Below, in pieces: positions 46,548 through 56,924 of a stretch of DNA of 64,000 nt (positions are counted from its first letter, which is position 1; each line of letters begins with the position of its first letter). A program made the translations under genes and the position numbers. The stretch comes from an uncultured Chloroflexia bacterium. Its GTDB lineage: Bacteria > Chloroflexota > Limnocylindria > Limnocylindrales > CSP1-4. The stretch spans positions 576,001-640,000 of the forward strand of contig OY970218.1 of NCBI GenBank assembly GCA_963713975.1, written 5' to 3'. The notes beneath the pieces are model-generated. The model worked only from the letters and a program-made list of their open reading frames with translations, had not been told where the DNA came from and ran no database searches.

Positions 46548-47831
46548 GTGGGCACCGGTGAGGGCGCTGGCAACGGCGGGCGCGTGGCCCTCATCGAGCC
46601 GCCCATCCCCGGAGAGCCGGCGATGCGCTGGATGTCCCATGCGGACACCATCGAGGGCATCGAGCAGGAGCTGGGGCGCATCTGGGCGCAGCCGGACCTG
46701 ATGGTGCACATCGAGGGCGACCACGTCGGACGCCACATCGCGGCGCGGACGTCGGTGATGAACCTCGTCGTGATCGCGCGCCAGCCGGAGTTGGGCGAGC
46801 GCTCGGCGGAGATCATCTCGCGCCTGACAGGACGTCACCCGTCGCGGACGCTCATCGTGCTGTCGGCGGACCCGGATGGTCCCCCATGGCTGGACGCCCG
46901 GATCCAGGCCCACTGCGTCCTGCCGCGGGCCGACGCTCCGGAGACCTGCTCGGAGCTGATCTTCCTGACCGCGGGCGGTGAGACCGGTCGCCACCTCTCG
47001 GCGCTGGTGGCACCACTGCTCATCCACGATCTGCCAGTGACCGTCTGGTGGCCCGGCGAACCACCGCTGGGCTCGGATCCCGCCGACGATCTGCTCGACA
47101 GCACGGACCGACTGGTGGTGGACGGCTCGACCTGGTCCGGCGATGGGCTGGCCCGGCTGCGCCAGTTGGCCGCGCTCTACGACCGGTTCGACCGGCTGTC
47201 CGTCCGCGACTTCGCGCTCGTCCGCCAGTCCCGCTGGCGCGAGGCGATCGCCACCTTGTTCGACCTGCCCGATCTCCGGCCGTACCTGACCCACATCAAG
47301 CGGATCTCGGTGACCTACGCGGCCGGTGGCGAGACGGGGGAGCCGGGCTCCACGAACCTGGTCAAGCCGCTGTACCACGTGGCGTGGCTCGCATCACGAC
47401 TGGGCATGACGGTCGCATCGCCGCTGACGCCCGTGGAGCCGCGCGGCCGGTCGGCGCCAGCACGGACGAGACCCGGCGAGAAGCCGCCGCTCCACCGCGG
47501 GCTCGCCGCGCGTCTCCGGGACCGGTCGTCAGACGTCTCGGTGGTGATCCGGCCGATTGCCTCACCCATGCCGCCCGGGACGACGCTGCGCGTGGAGCTC
47601 CTCGCAGAGCGGCGCGGTAGCGAGTTGCGCGCCGACGTGACTGCGGAGCAGGAGAACGTCCACGTGCACACCTGGCTCGACGGCATCCAGGCGATGGACC
47701 GCACGTTCAAGGCTCCACGCCGGAACGACGTCGACCTCCTGTCCGAGGCGCTCGAGGTCGGCAGGCCCGACCCGGTCGCTGTAGGGACGGCGCGGATGGC
47801 TGCGGCACTGATCGGGGAGGTACCGGGGTGA
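46548..47831 (+). CDS. opcA: G6PDH assembly/activator protein OpcA
   Basis: R..V.NLVV, HPSR.L.L, C, V.PLL..DLP..VWW.G, R.VVD, WR..IA..FD. Lies between zwf and pgl. Start uncertain. Confidence 0.88.
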   Translation: MGTGEGAGNGGRVALIEPPIPGEPAMRWMSHADTIEGIEQELGRIWAQPDLMVHIEGDHVGRHIAARTSVMNLVVIARQPELGERSAEIISRLTGRHPSRTLIVLSADPDGPPWLDARIQAHCVLPRADAPETCSELIFLTAGGETGRHLSALVAPLLIHDLPVTVWWPGEPPLGSDPADDLLDSTDRLVVDGSTWSGDGLARLRQLAALYDRFDRLSVRDFALVRQSRWREAIATLFDLPDLRPYLTHIKRISVTYAAGGETGEPGSTNLVKPLYHVAWLASRLGMTVASPLTPVEPRGRSAPARTRPGEKPPLHRGLAARLRDRSSDVSVVIRPIASPMPPGTTLRVELLAERRGSELRADVTAEQENVHVHTWLDGIQAMDRTFKAPRRNDVDLLSEALEVGRPDPVAVGTARMAAALIGEVPG

Positions 47832-48607
47832 GCGGCGAAACTCCGGAACTGCCCAGGCTCGTGGTGCTCCCCGCAGACGCCGTCCCGGGAGCTGCCGCGG
47901 CCGAGATCGTGCGAGCCCTGGCGGCGGCGATCGAGGCACGCGGCGTCGCGCACTGGGCGACCACCGGCGGGTCGGCGGCCCCGGGCATCTACCGGGCGCT
48001 GCGAGTGCCGCCACTGCGGGACGCCGTGGACTGGTCGCGCATCCACACCTGGTGGGGCGACGACCGGTTCGTGCCGCCGGACGACCCCCTGTCGAACGTG
48101 CTGCCGTTCCAGGACCTGCTCCTCGGCGAGGACGGGCTGGATGTCCCGCGCGACCGCTGGCATCCGATCCCGGTCGCGGAGGCCCTGGCCCGGGGCGAGG
48201 GTCCCGCATGGGCCGCGGCTCGCTGTGCCGAGACGCTGGCCGGGCTCGCCCCGGCCACGGCCGCGGGCATGCCGATCCTGGACCTCGTGATCCTGGGCGT
48301 GGGGCCGGATGGGCACATCCTGTCGGTGTTCCCGGGATCTGCCGCCTGGGACTCGGCCGCGACCTGCGTCGCCGTCCCGGCACCGACGCACATCGAGCCC
48401 CGCGTGGGGCGCGTGACGATGAACCCGGGCGTGGTCACCGCCGCGCGCGAGGTGCTGGTCGTGGCCGCCGGTTCGTCCAAGGCCGCGAACCTCGGCCGGG
48501 CCTGGTCCGGGGACGACGTCCGCGAGCTGCCGGTGCGTGCCGCGCGTCTCGGCACGGCGACCTGGATCCTGGACGAGGCGGCGGCGGCCCAGTTGCCGCG
48601 GGGCTGA
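47828..48607 (+). CDS. pgl: 6-phosphogluconolactonase
   Basis: TGGS, WGDDRFVP.DD..SN, DL..LGVGPDGH..S.FPG, RVT, G..KA. Confidence 0.95.
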   Translation: MSGETPELPRLVVLPADAVPGAAAAEIVRALAAAIEARGVAHWATTGGSAAPGIYRALRVPPLRDAVDWSRIHTWWGDDRFVPPDDPLSNVLPFQDLLLGEDGLDVPRDRWHPIPVAEALARGEGPAWAAARCAETLAGLAPATAAGMPILDLVILGVGPDGHILSVFPGSAAWDSAATCVAVPAPTHIEPRVGRVTMNPGVVTAAREVLVVAAGSSKAANLGRAWSGDDVRELPVRAARLGTATWILDEAAAAQLPRG

Positions 48608-48664
48608 TCACGGAAGGTCAGTCCCGGTCAGCCATGAGCCTCGAGTGCCGGATTCCCACCGCCT

Positions 48665-49915
48665 TCAACCTGCCCGAAGCGCGTCCGTCGGGGGCACGTT
48701 CGCGGCCCTGATCGCCGGGTAGAGCCCCGCAATCGACCCGACCAGGAGCGTCGCCCCGAACCCGATTGCGACGGCTGGCACGGAGACCACGACCGGCCAG
48801 CCCTGGCTGGTGGCATAGGCGGCACCGATCGCCAACCCCACCGTGACACCCAGCACGCCGCCGGTGGCCGCGAGCAGGAGTGCCTCGCCGAAGAACTGGC
48901 CGGCGATCGCACCACGTGTGGCCCCCAGTGCCCGCCGCAGGCCGATCTCCGGCCGACGCTCCAGCACCGTCATCAGCATCACGTTGGCGATCCCGAGGGC
49001 CGCCACGCCGAGCGCCACGGCCGCCAGGCCCAGGAACAACGTGGTGAATGTCGTTGCCGCGGCCGCCCGTGCCTCGATCGCATCCGATGGACGCTCCACG
49101 TTGACCGTCTCGGGGTTCCGGGGGTTGGCGGTGGCCCCAAGGACCGCCCGCACCTCGTCGACCCTGGCCGGATCCACGCGGATGTAGACCGTCGATGGCG
49201 CGATGTCCGCCTCCAGCCAGGTCTCCGCGGCATCTCGGCCGATCAGTGCCGCCCGGTCCAGCTCCGGGGCGAGCGGCAGCGAGTCCAGGATGCCGAGGAC
49301 CGTGAACCAGCGGCCCGCGATCCACACCTGCACGGGCTCGTCGAGGTCCACGATGCCGAGCCGCTCGGCGGCCACCGAGCCCAGCACGACAGCCGGGTAT
49401 CGCTCCACGGCCGCGTCCAGGAAGCGGCCCGTCCGGACGGTGCCGCCCAGGGTCTCGAGGAGCGAGTGGTCAACGGCCTGAACGGAGAGGCCGTTGGTCT
49501 CGCTACGGCTGATGAGATCGGTCCGGCGGACCGACGTGTCGAGGATCGTCGCGGCGCTCGCCGCCTGCACCGGGCGGATCCGCCGGATCATCCCGAGCGC
49601 CTCGTCGGGGAGGGCGGTGTCGTCGCCCATGAAGGACTGGCCCGGGGAGGCTGTGAGCATGTTGGTGCCCAACCGGTCGAGGACGGCCAGGAGCGAGGCC
49701 CGGCTGCTGTCCGAGATGGCGAGGACCGCGACCATCGCTGCGATCCCGATGGCGATACCCACCGCGGTGAGCGAGGAGCGCAGCCTGCGGGACGCCAGGC
49801 CCCGACCTGCGATCCGGGCGATCCCGCCGGGCCCCGGCCCGCGCGGATCGGGGATGGACTCGCCGCGGGACCGCCCGGCAGCCTCGCTCGCGCCGCTCAC
49901 GCGGGCCGCCGTCAC
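48665..49915 (-). CDS. MacB/FtsX-type ABC permease
   Basis: LRS.LT..GIAIG, LGTN.L, GIANVM...[22 protein letters not shown]...P.DALR. Confidence 0.94.
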   Translation of the reverse strand: MTAARVSGASEAAGRSRGESIPDPRGPGPGGIARIAGRGLASRRLRSSLTAVGIAIGIAAMVAVLAISDSSRASLLAVLDRLGTNMLTASPGQSFMGDDTALPDEALGMIRRIRPVQAASAATILDTSVRRTDLISRSETNGLSVQAVDHSLLETLGGTVRTGRFLDAAVERYPAVVLGSVAAERLGIVDLDEPVQVWIAGRWFTVLGILDSLPLAPELDRAALIGRDAAETWLEADIAPSTVYIRVDPARVDEVRAVLGATANPRNPETVNVERPSDAIEARAAAATTFTTLFLGLAAVALGVAALGIANVMLMTVLERRPEIGLRRALGATRGAIAGQFFGEALLLAATGGVLGVTVGLAIGAAYATSQGWPVVVSVPAVAIGFGATLLVGSIAGLYPAIRAANVPPTDALRAG

Positions 49916-50619
49916 GCCGGCACCCCGGGCATGCGCCCGTCGGCGGTGATCCGCCCGTCGTGCAGCTCCACGCGGCGTGGCAGCGCCGCCGCAAGATCGC
50001 GGTCGTGCGTGATGAGGGCGATGGTGGCCCCGTCACTCGCGTTGAGGTCGCGCATCAGGTCCACGAGTGCCGCGCCGGTGACTGAGTCCAGGTTCCCGGT
50101 GGGCTCGTCGGCGAGGATGATCGCCGGGCGGCCAACGAGGGCACGCGCGATGGCAACGCGCTGACGCTCGCCCCCTGAGAGCTGGCCCGGGCGGTGTCGA
50201 GCGCGGCCTGCCAGGCCAACGCGATCCAGCGCGGCCTCGGCCGCCAGGCGCCGGTCCTTCGCCGGCACGCCGCGGTAGAGGAGGCCGTCGGCCACGTTGT
50301 CCAGCGCGGACTCGCCATCGAGCAGGTGGAAGTGCTGGAAGACGAAGCCGATGCGCCAGGCCCGCAGGGCAGACAGCCGCCGGTCCGACAGGCGGTCGAC
50401 ATGCTCGCCGGCGACGAGGACGTCCCCCGACGTCGCCCGATCCAGGGTGCCGATGACGTTGAGAAGCGTGGTCTTGCCGGATCCCGACGGGCCGACGATC
50501 GCGAGCAGCTCGCCGGCATCGATCGCGAGATCCACGTCCGTCAGGGCATCAACCGGCGGCTCGCCCGGGTAGCGCCGGCCGACACCGCGCAGCTCGATGA
50601 CCCGGTCCGGGGCTGTCAT
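49912..50619 (-). CDS. MacB/LolD-type ABC ATP-binding protein
   Basis: [43 protein letters not shown]. Confidence 0.96.
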   Translation of the reverse strand: MTAPDRVIELRGVGRRYPGEPPVDALTDVDLAIDAGELLAIVGPSGSGKTTLLNVIGTLDRATSGDVLVAGEHVDRLSDRRLSALRAWRIGFVFQHFHLLDGESALDNVADGLLYRGVPAKDRRLAAEAALDRVGLAGRARHRPGQLSGGERQRVAIARALVGRPAIILADEPTGNLDSVTGAALVDLMRDLNASDGATIALITHDRDLAAALPRRVELHDGRITADGRMPGVPA

Positions 50620-51698
50620 CGCGGCACGACCACGAGGTCGCCCGCCGCAAGGCCGTCGCCGACCACCTCGACCATGCCGTCCTGGAACAGGCCCGTCTCC
50701 ACGCCGACATATCGATTCGCGCCGTCGGCTCCGACCACCTCAACGGCGTAGCCGCCCTCGAGCAGCGCGACCAGCGCATTGACCGGAACCGCCAGCACGT
50801 CGGGATGGCTCTCGGTCACGACGTGCACGGTCACCGGCGCCGCGTCCAGGTCTGGCAGGGTCGCCCCGGGGTCGATGTCGATCGTCACCGGGACGGTTGG
50901 CGCGGCCCCGTTCTCGCCCGCGGTGGCCACCCGGCCGATGGAGCGGACGTGCCCCGGCACCACGGAGTCGTCGGGCAGGTCGATCGTCACGGCCTGGCCG
51001 GGCACCACGAGGTCCTGCCGGCTGGCGGACAGGTCGAGGGTCACGATGCGCGTGGCCGTCGTCGTCCCGAGAATCTGGGCACCCGGCGCGACCGCATCGC
51101 CCACCGCGGCCCCGTGCGACGCAACCCGGACCGCTCCGGGGAGGAACGCCAGGTCCGCGCCATCCAGCGTGGCGTCCTGCCTGTGACCGGCCGCCTTCTG
51201 CCAGCGCTTGACCGCGGCCGTCGTCCTGGCGTCCCAGTGGCGGTTCACCTTCATGCCCTTGGGGGCATACCCCATGGCCTTGAGGTTCTGCTCCAGCTGG
51301 AGGACGTCGGCGCCGTCGGAGACCTTGGGGCCGAGGGGCCGCCACAGCGGGCGATCGCCGTAGAGGAGCCGCGGTCGGACGCGCCCGTCGAGCTCGTACA
51401 GGACGCCGCCTCGCTCGATGACGGCTCCCTCCAAGGGCAGGCGGGTCACGGTCCCCGCGCTGCCGGCGGCCACCGGCCGCGACGCCTCATAGGCCAGGCT
51501 GCCGGTGAGGTCGGCTGCGGTCTTCATCGTCCGCTGCACCACGGGGGCCGAGGTGAGGTCTGCCGCCGATGGCGCCGGCGGCGGGGACGTCCCCGCTCCC
51601 CCGCCCATCGGCCCCGGCAGCGAGCCGGACGCCACGCCGATGGCGCCCGCGCCGACCACGAGCACGAGACCGGCGCCGGCGATCAGCGAGCCCCTCAT
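50616..51698 (-). CDS. Efflux adaptor (MacA-like) with a peptidoglycan-binding domain
   Basis: N-terminal TM, GTVT.LP..G..I.RG..LY, G.DV.QLE.NL..MGY...T..AVK.WQ PG-binding motif, VLAVPV.AL, V.TG. Confidence 0.88.
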   Translation of the reverse strand: MRGSLIAGAGLVLVVGAGAIGVASGSLPGPMGGGAGTSPPPAPSAADLTSAPVVQRTMKTAADLTGSLAYEASRPVAAGSAGTVTRLPLEGAVIERGGVLYELDGRVRPRLLYGDRPLWRPLGPKVSDGADVLQLEQNLKAMGYAPKGMKVNRHWDARTTAAVKRWQKAAGHRQDATLDGADLAFLPGAVRVASHGAAVGDAVAPGAQILGTTTATRIVTLDLSASRQDLVVPGQAVTIDLPDDSVVPGHVRSIGRVATAGENGAAPTVPVTIDIDPGATLPDLDAAPVTVHVVTESHPDVLAVPVNALVALLEGGYAVEVVGADGANRYVGVETGLFQDGMVEVVGDGLAAGDLVVVPR

Positions 51699-52366
51699 GG
51701 CTTGACCTCGATCACGGGACCGACTGCGCCCGACGAGCCCGAGCCGCCAACCACGGACGGAGCGCCGCCGGGCAGCTCCTTGCTGCAGGCATCCTGCGCA
51801 TCCAGGAAGACCTTCGATGTGGGATCGATGGCGCCGGCCTCGCCGACGCCCGCTGTGACCGTGACGCCTCCGCCCGAGAACTCCGGATCCGGGAAGTCCA
51901 CGTCATGGTCTCGCATGCACTGGGCGAACTTGAGCAGCTGGTCTGCGAATGCCGGGTCCATCGTGGCGTTCGGATCGCCGAGCATGCCGCCGGCCGGCAG
52001 GAAGTCTCGGCAGGCCTTGTCGGCCTCCTCCATCGCCTTCGGGTCGGACGCGCCGGTGAGCGGCTGGACCTCGGCGCCCGCGTCGGGGCCACCCCCGATC
52101 TGGACGCCCGCGCCACCGGCGCCAACCGAGCTCTGGGCGACCTGGATGTCGACGCCGTGCTCCTTCATGCACTTTGTGAAGGCGATCATCGCCTCCTCGG
52201 GATCGATCGAGGCCGCGGGTGCGGCCGACCCACCCGGACCGGCGGACGGGCTGGCGAGGCTGACCACGCCGTCGTTCGAGGCGGCCCCGCCGCAGGCCGC
52301 GACGCCGATGGCCATCGCGAGGGCGAGCGCCCCGGTCCGGCCGAGGAAGGAAGGCTGCAGGTTCAT
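51695..52366 (-). CDS. Lipoprotein with two Cys-pair repeats
   Basis: Lipobox VAAC. Repeats FTKCMKEHGVD..A.KACR and FAQCMRDHDVDFPDP..A.DACS. Confidence 0.85.
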   Translation of the reverse strand: MNLQPSFLGRTGALALAMAIGVAACGGAASNDGVVSLASPSAGPGGSAAPAASIDPEEAMIAFTKCMKEHGVDIQVAQSSVGAGGAGVQIGGGPDAGAEVQPLTGASDPKAMEEADKACRDFLPAGGMLGDPNATMDPAFADQLLKFAQCMRDHDVDFPDPEFSGGGVTVTAGVGEAGAIDPTSKVFLDAQDACSKELPGGAPSVVGGSGSSGAVGPVIEVKP

Positions 52367-52473
52367 CGGGGATGCTCCGTGACGGATCGCTGGATCGGGA
52401 GCGGGCCGGTGTCGGTGGCCCGGGTCGCGGTGAGTAACGGTCGCCGCGTCCGGTGCCCACCGTCGCGCAGGAC

Positions 52474-52514
52474 GATCAAAGGACCGTCAAGATGGCTTTC
52501 AGAAACCTTTGATC
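52474..52514. promoter_or_regulatory. Putative OmpR-family response-regulator binding array
   Basis: TCAAAG/TCAAGA/TTCAGA at an 11-bp period, bracketed by a GATCAAAGG/CCTTTGATC inverted repeat, between the divergent operons. Confidence 0.55.
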
Positions 52515-52535
52515 CGCAACCGGTACACAGGACCC

Positions 52536-53210
52536 ATGCACCTCCTGCTCGTCGAGGACGATTCGCGGCTGGCCGATCTCGTCGCCCGCCTCCTGGGTGG
52601 CGAGCGCCACCTCGTCGAGCGCGCCGCCGACGGGACCACCGCCCTGGAGATGGCCGAAGCGCCTGGCCTCGACGCGATCGTGCTCGACGTGGGTCTGCCG
52701 GACATGTCCGGTCTCGAGGTTGCCCGCCGGCTGCGGGCCCGCGGCTCCGTGGTCCCGATCCTCATGCTCACGGCGCGCGACTCCGTGGCGGACCGTGTCG
52801 CGGGCCTGGACGCGGGCGCCGACGACTACCTGGTGAAGCCGTTTGCCGTCGAGGAGCTGTCAGCGCGTGTCCGGGCGCTCGGGAGGCGGGTCCGTCCGGG
52901 CGCGGGGATTGCAGGTCCATCGCTTGCGTCAGGCCCGATCTCCCTGGACGAGGCGAGTCGCCTGGTCGCAGTCGACGGTATGCGGGTTGACCTGAGCCCG
53001 CGCGAGTTCGCCCTCCTCGAGTGCCTCCTTCGGCATCGCGGCCAGGTGCTGACTCGAGACCAGCTGCTGGACCACGCATGGCCGTACGACTCCGAGGTGG
53101 ATCCTGCGATCGTGGACACCTACGTCTACTTCCTGCGGCGAAAGCTCGGGCCGGCGGGCGGCGGGTGCATCGAGACCGTGCGCGGCACGGGCTACCGAGT
53201 GGCGGCATGA
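52536..53210 (+). CDS. OmpR-family response regulator
   Basis: LLVEDD, LDVGLP, LMLTARD, GADDYLVKPF, winged helix VDTYV.FLRRKL..IETVRG.GY. Confidence 0.96.
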   Translation: MHLLLVEDDSRLADLVARLLGGERHLVERAADGTTALEMAEAPGLDAIVLDVGLPDMSGLEVARRLRARGSVVPILMLTARDSVADRVAGLDAGADDYLVKPFAVEELSARVRALGRRVRPGAGIAGPSLASGPISLDEASRLVAVDGMRVDLSPREFALLECLLRHRGQVLTRDQLLDHAWPYDSEVDPAIVDTYVYFLRRKLGPAGGGCIETVRGTGYRVAA

Positions 53211-54520
53211 CCACCGCGGCCGAGTCCCCGATCCTCAGGCGAACCCGCTGGCGCCTCATCGCATGGAGCGCCGGGAGCACGCTGGTCGTACTGGTGGTCC
53301 TCGGGATCGCCATCTACGTGGCGGCCGCGACGAGCCTGGCCGTCGCCGGGACCGCGCAACTCCAGGGCCGGCTCGACCAGCTCTCGGCGACGGGCTTCGA
53401 CCCGGTACCTCTTGGCGGTACGCAGGTCGTTGGTGTCACGTCGGACCCCAGCCAGCCGGGCCTCGTGATCGGAGGCGACGCATCGGGGACGATCGGGATC
53501 GTCCTCGCGCCTGGTGGCGACGGCCTGATGCCTGCCGCCGAGACAGGCGTTGGTGTCATCGCGGGCGACCCCGGTTTGGGCCCGATGATCCTCGACGCGG
53601 AGGCACAGGCCGAGGTGACGGCCGGCGAGACCATCGTGCGCGAGACCACGATCGGGTCCGCGCCGGTGCGCGTCATGGCAGCAGCCGTCCCGGGCCTGAC
53701 CGGGTCTGCGACGGTGATGGTGATGGGAGACAGGTCGGCGGAGGTGGACACACTCCGGACGCTGTTGATCGTGCTCATCGGCGGCGGGTTCGCCGTGCTG
53801 GTGGCGTCGGTCCTGGTCGGCTATGTCTACGCTGGGCGAGCCCTCGTGCCGATCCGCGAGTCACTCGCCCGCCAGCGCGAGTTCGCCGCGGACGCCAGCC
53901 ACGAGCTGCGGACCCCGCTCGCCATCACCCGGGCGGCAATCGCCGCGCTGCGACGCGATCGCAGCGACCCGGTCGCGGTCGAACGGGCGCTGGAGGACAT
54001 GGAGGCAGGCACCGATCGCATGGCGCACCTGGTGGATGACCTGCTGCTGCTCGCCCGGGCGGACGCCGAGACCGTCGAGCTGGTCGTCACGGACACGGAC
54101 CTTGCGCTGGCCGCCGCAGAAGCGACCGAGGCGCTCGAGGCCGTTGCGGCCGCGCGCCGCGTCCGGCTGGTCCTGGACGTCGAACCCGCGCCCGTCCACG
54201 GCGACGAGGCGCGGCTCCGGCAGCTCGCCGGGATCCTGGTGGACAACGCGATCCGGCACTCCCCGGAGCACGGCCGCGTGACCGTCACCGTCCGGGCCGG
54301 GGCGCAGCTGACCGTCGAGGACGAGGGTACCGGCATCGATCCCGAGCACCTGGACAAGGTGTTCGAGCGGTTCTGGCGTGCCCCCAGCGCGCCGGCTGGG
54401 GGCACGGGTCTGGGGCTGGCGATTGCCCGCTGGATCGCGGAGCGCCACGGAGGGTCCGTCCTGGCGGAGAACCGCACCCCGGGGCCCGGCGCCCGGATCC
54501 TGGTGCGAATTCCGGGCTGA
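53207..54520 (+). CDS. Sensor histidine kinase
   Basis: Two TM segments, F.ADASHELRTPL H-box, LVDNAIRH, V.DEG.GI, FERFWR, GTGLGLAI. Confidence 0.96.
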   Translation: MTTAAESPILRRTRWRLIAWSAGSTLVVLVVLGIAIYVAAATSLAVAGTAQLQGRLDQLSATGFDPVPLGGTQVVGVTSDPSQPGLVIGGDASGTIGIVLAPGGDGLMPAAETGVGVIAGDPGLGPMILDAEAQAEVTAGETIVRETTIGSAPVRVMAAAVPGLTGSATVMVMGDRSAEVDTLRTLLIVLIGGGFAVLVASVLVGYVYAGRALVPIRESLARQREFAADASHELRTPLAITRAAIAALRRDRSDPVAVERALEDMEAGTDRMAHLVDDLLLLARADAETVELVVTDTDLALAAAEATEALEAVAAARRVRLVLDVEPAPVHGDEARLRQLAGILVDNAIRHSPEHGRVTVTVRAGAQLTVEDEGTGIDPEHLDKVFERFWRAPSAPAGGTGLGLAIARWIAERHGGSVLAENRTPGPGARILVRIPG

Positions 54521-54606
54521 CCCGGCTGCCAGGCAGCACGACGTTCGACCCCGTGGTCTCGCCGGCCGGCGCCTCGCGTGCGTGCCGCCCGGGCTACCAT
54601 CGGGAC

Positions 54607-55722
54607 ATGACTGAGCCCGTCTCGGCACCTGCCGACACCCGACCCTACTCCCCGGGCCTCGAGGGCATCGTTGCCGGCGAGACCTCCCTCTCGTTCATCG
54701 ACGGGGAGGCCGGCCGCCTCCTCTACCGGGGGTACCCCATCGGGGAGCTCGTCAAGGGCGGGTCGTACGCGGCGATCACGGAGCTGCTCTGGACCGGCGA
54801 CTGGAACCCGGATGCCAAGCTCCCCTGCGAGCCGGTGCCGGAGGCCGTCATGACGGCCCTCCGCGCGCTGCCATCGACTGCCAGGCCGATGGACGCGCTG
54901 CGCACCGCGGTCTCCGTGTGGGGCGCGATGAACGACCCCGCCTGGCCGCCGACCGCCGAGCAGGCCCGGGCACTGACCGCGTTCTCGCCGTCCGCGCTGG
55001 CCGCCTTCGCCCGGATCCGCCAGGGGCTGGAGCCGGTCGCGCCGGACCCGGACCTGGACCTCGTCCCGGGCTTCCTGTACCAGGTCAACGGCGAGGTGCC
55101 GGACGCCGCAACCGCCCGGGCGCTCGACGCGTACTTCATCGTCGGCGCGGAGCACGGCTTCAACGCCTCGACGTTCACCTGCCGCGTGATCACGTCCACC
55201 CGCTCCGACATCGCCTCCGCCGTGTGCGGGGCGATCGGCGCGATGAAGGGCCCGCTCCACGGTGGCGCCCCGTCCGAGGTCGTGGAGCAGATCCACCAGG
55301 TCGGAACGCCCGACAAGGCCGAGGCGTGGGTCCGCGACGCCATCGACCGCAAGGAACGCCTGATGGGCTTCGGCCATCGCGTATACCGGGCGTACGATCC
55401 GCGTGCCGCGGCGCTGCGCGGGGTCGCCGAGGGCATGGAGCACCGGCCTGAATGGCTCGAGCTCGCGATCGCGGTGGAGGACGTCGCGCTGCGGGTCCTC
55501 GCGGAGAAGTACCCGGACCGGCCGCTGATGACCAACGTCGAGTACTACGCGGCGCCGGTGCTCATGGGCGTCGGGCTCACCCCGGACCTGTTCCCGGCAA
55601 CGTTCGCACTCGCGCGCCACGCCGGCTGGACCGCCCACGCCATCGAGCAGGGCGCCAACAACCGCCTGATCCGGCCGACCGTGAACTACATCGGCGCCGC
55701 AGAGCGCCACCTCCCGGGCTGA
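54607..55722 (+). CDS. Citrate synthase (short, type I / methylcitrate synthase family)
   Basis: GLEG..AGET, LLYRGY.I, AEHGFNASTF..R, KGPLHGGA, MGFGHRVY..YDPRA, NVEYY, LIRP. Confidence 0.95.
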   Translation: MTEPVSAPADTRPYSPGLEGIVAGETSLSFIDGEAGRLLYRGYPIGELVKGGSYAAITELLWTGDWNPDAKLPCEPVPEAVMTALRALPSTARPMDALRTAVSVWGAMNDPAWPPTAEQARALTAFSPSALAAFARIRQGLEPVAPDPDLDLVPGFLYQVNGEVPDAATARALDAYFIVGAEHGFNASTFTCRVITSTRSDIASAVCGAIGAMKGPLHGGAPSEVVEQIHQVGTPDKAEAWVRDAIDRKERLMGFGHRVYRAYDPRAAALRGVAEGMEHRPEWLELAIAVEDVALRVLAEKYPDRPLMTNVEYYAAPVLMGVGLTPDLFPATFALARHAGWTAHAIEQGANNRLIRPTVNYIGAAERHLPG

Positions 55723-55749
55723 GGGGGCGACGCCGGAGCCTGGCGACGC

Positions 55750-56748
55750 CTAGAGGAATCCGCGCCGGCGGAAGTAGTAGAGGACGCCGGCCAGGATCAC
55801 CACCATCGTGAGGATGATCAGCCAGAACTCGTAGATCGACTCGTCGCCGGGCAGGTCGACGTTCATGCCGCCGATGCTTGCGATCAGGGTCAGCGGCAGC
55901 AGCGCCACGCTGAACGCGGTCAGGATGCGGATCGAGTCGTTCAGCCGGTGGGACAGCACGGACTCGTTCGAGTCCTCGAGCGCCTCGGCGACTTCCTTGT
56001 AGTTCTCGAGGACGTCCCAGATGCGCTCGGCGGCGTCGGTGATGTCGTCGAAGTAGATGTCGAGGTCATCGGCCAGGTAGCGCTGCTTCGTGCGCTCCAG
56101 GTCGCGGAGCACGGCTCGCATCGGCCGCACGACCCGCCGGAAGTTGATGATCTCCTGCTTCGCGTTGGACAGGTCGCGCACGATCTCGGCAGACCGCCCC
56201 TCGAAGATGTCGTCCTCGAGCTGGTCCAGCTTGGCACCCATCTTGCGCAGCATCGGGAACGAGGCGTCGACGCAGGTGTCGACGATCTTGTAGAGCAGGT
56301 ACCCGGTCCCCTTGGAGAAGACGCCGTCGCGGGTCTCGGCGCGAATGCGATACCGCTCGAACATGGCGTTGAGCGGCGGCAGGTTCTGGTCCGGCAGCGT
56401 GATCAGGAAGTCGGGACCCACGAACAGGTCGAGCTCTGCGGTGAGCAGACGGTCCTGCGTCTTGTCGAACACGGGGAAGTGGAGAACGATGAACAGGTAG
56501 TCGTCGTAGGCGTCCAGCTTGGGGCGCTGGTTGCGCGACGCGACGTCCTCGATCGCGAGGGGGTGGAACCCGAACTCCCGCTCCAGCCAGTCGCGATCCG
56601 CCTCCCGCGGCCGCTCCAGGTTCAGCCAGCGCACCTCACCGGACGTGATGACGTCCGGCTCGCCAGCCTCAGCGACGGCGCCGGGGGCACTCGCAGCCGA
56701 ATCGGGTCGCGACCCGCGCAGCCTGGGGCGAGGCAGCAGGTTCGGCAC
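55750..56748 (-). CDS. corA: CorA-family Mg2+/Co2+ transporter
   Basis: FHPLAIED...NQRPK.D.Y, LY.IVD..VD, PLTLIAS..GMNV signature and two C-terminal TM helices. Start approximate. Confidence 0.92.
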   Translation of the reverse strand: MPNLLPRPRLRGSRPDSAASAPGAVAEAGEPDVITSGEVRWLNLERPREADRDWLEREFGFHPLAIEDVASRNQRPKLDAYDDYLFIVLHFPVFDKTQDRLLTAELDLFVGPDFLITLPDQNLPPLNAMFERYRIRAETRDGVFSKGTGYLLYKIVDTCVDASFPMLRKMGAKLDQLEDDIFEGRSAEIVRDLSNAKQEIINFRRVVRPMRAVLRDLERTKQRYLADDLDIYFDDITDAAERIWDVLENYKEVAEALEDSNESVLSHRLNDSIRILTAFSVALLPLTLIASIGGMNVDLPGDESIYEFWLIILTMVVILAGVLYYFRRRGFL

Positions 56749-56924
56749 TTGGAGGGATCCCGGTTCGCATGGCGCGATCCTAGCGCAGCGGGACGCATCG
56801 TGGTGGCGTCGGATCGCGCCACGATCCCCGGGATGCGCCACGGACGCCGCCCGGGTCGTCGGTGCGTGCGGGATCCACCGCTCGCGGTTGCACGAATCGC
56901 AGACCCGGGCGATCCTACCGCCCG

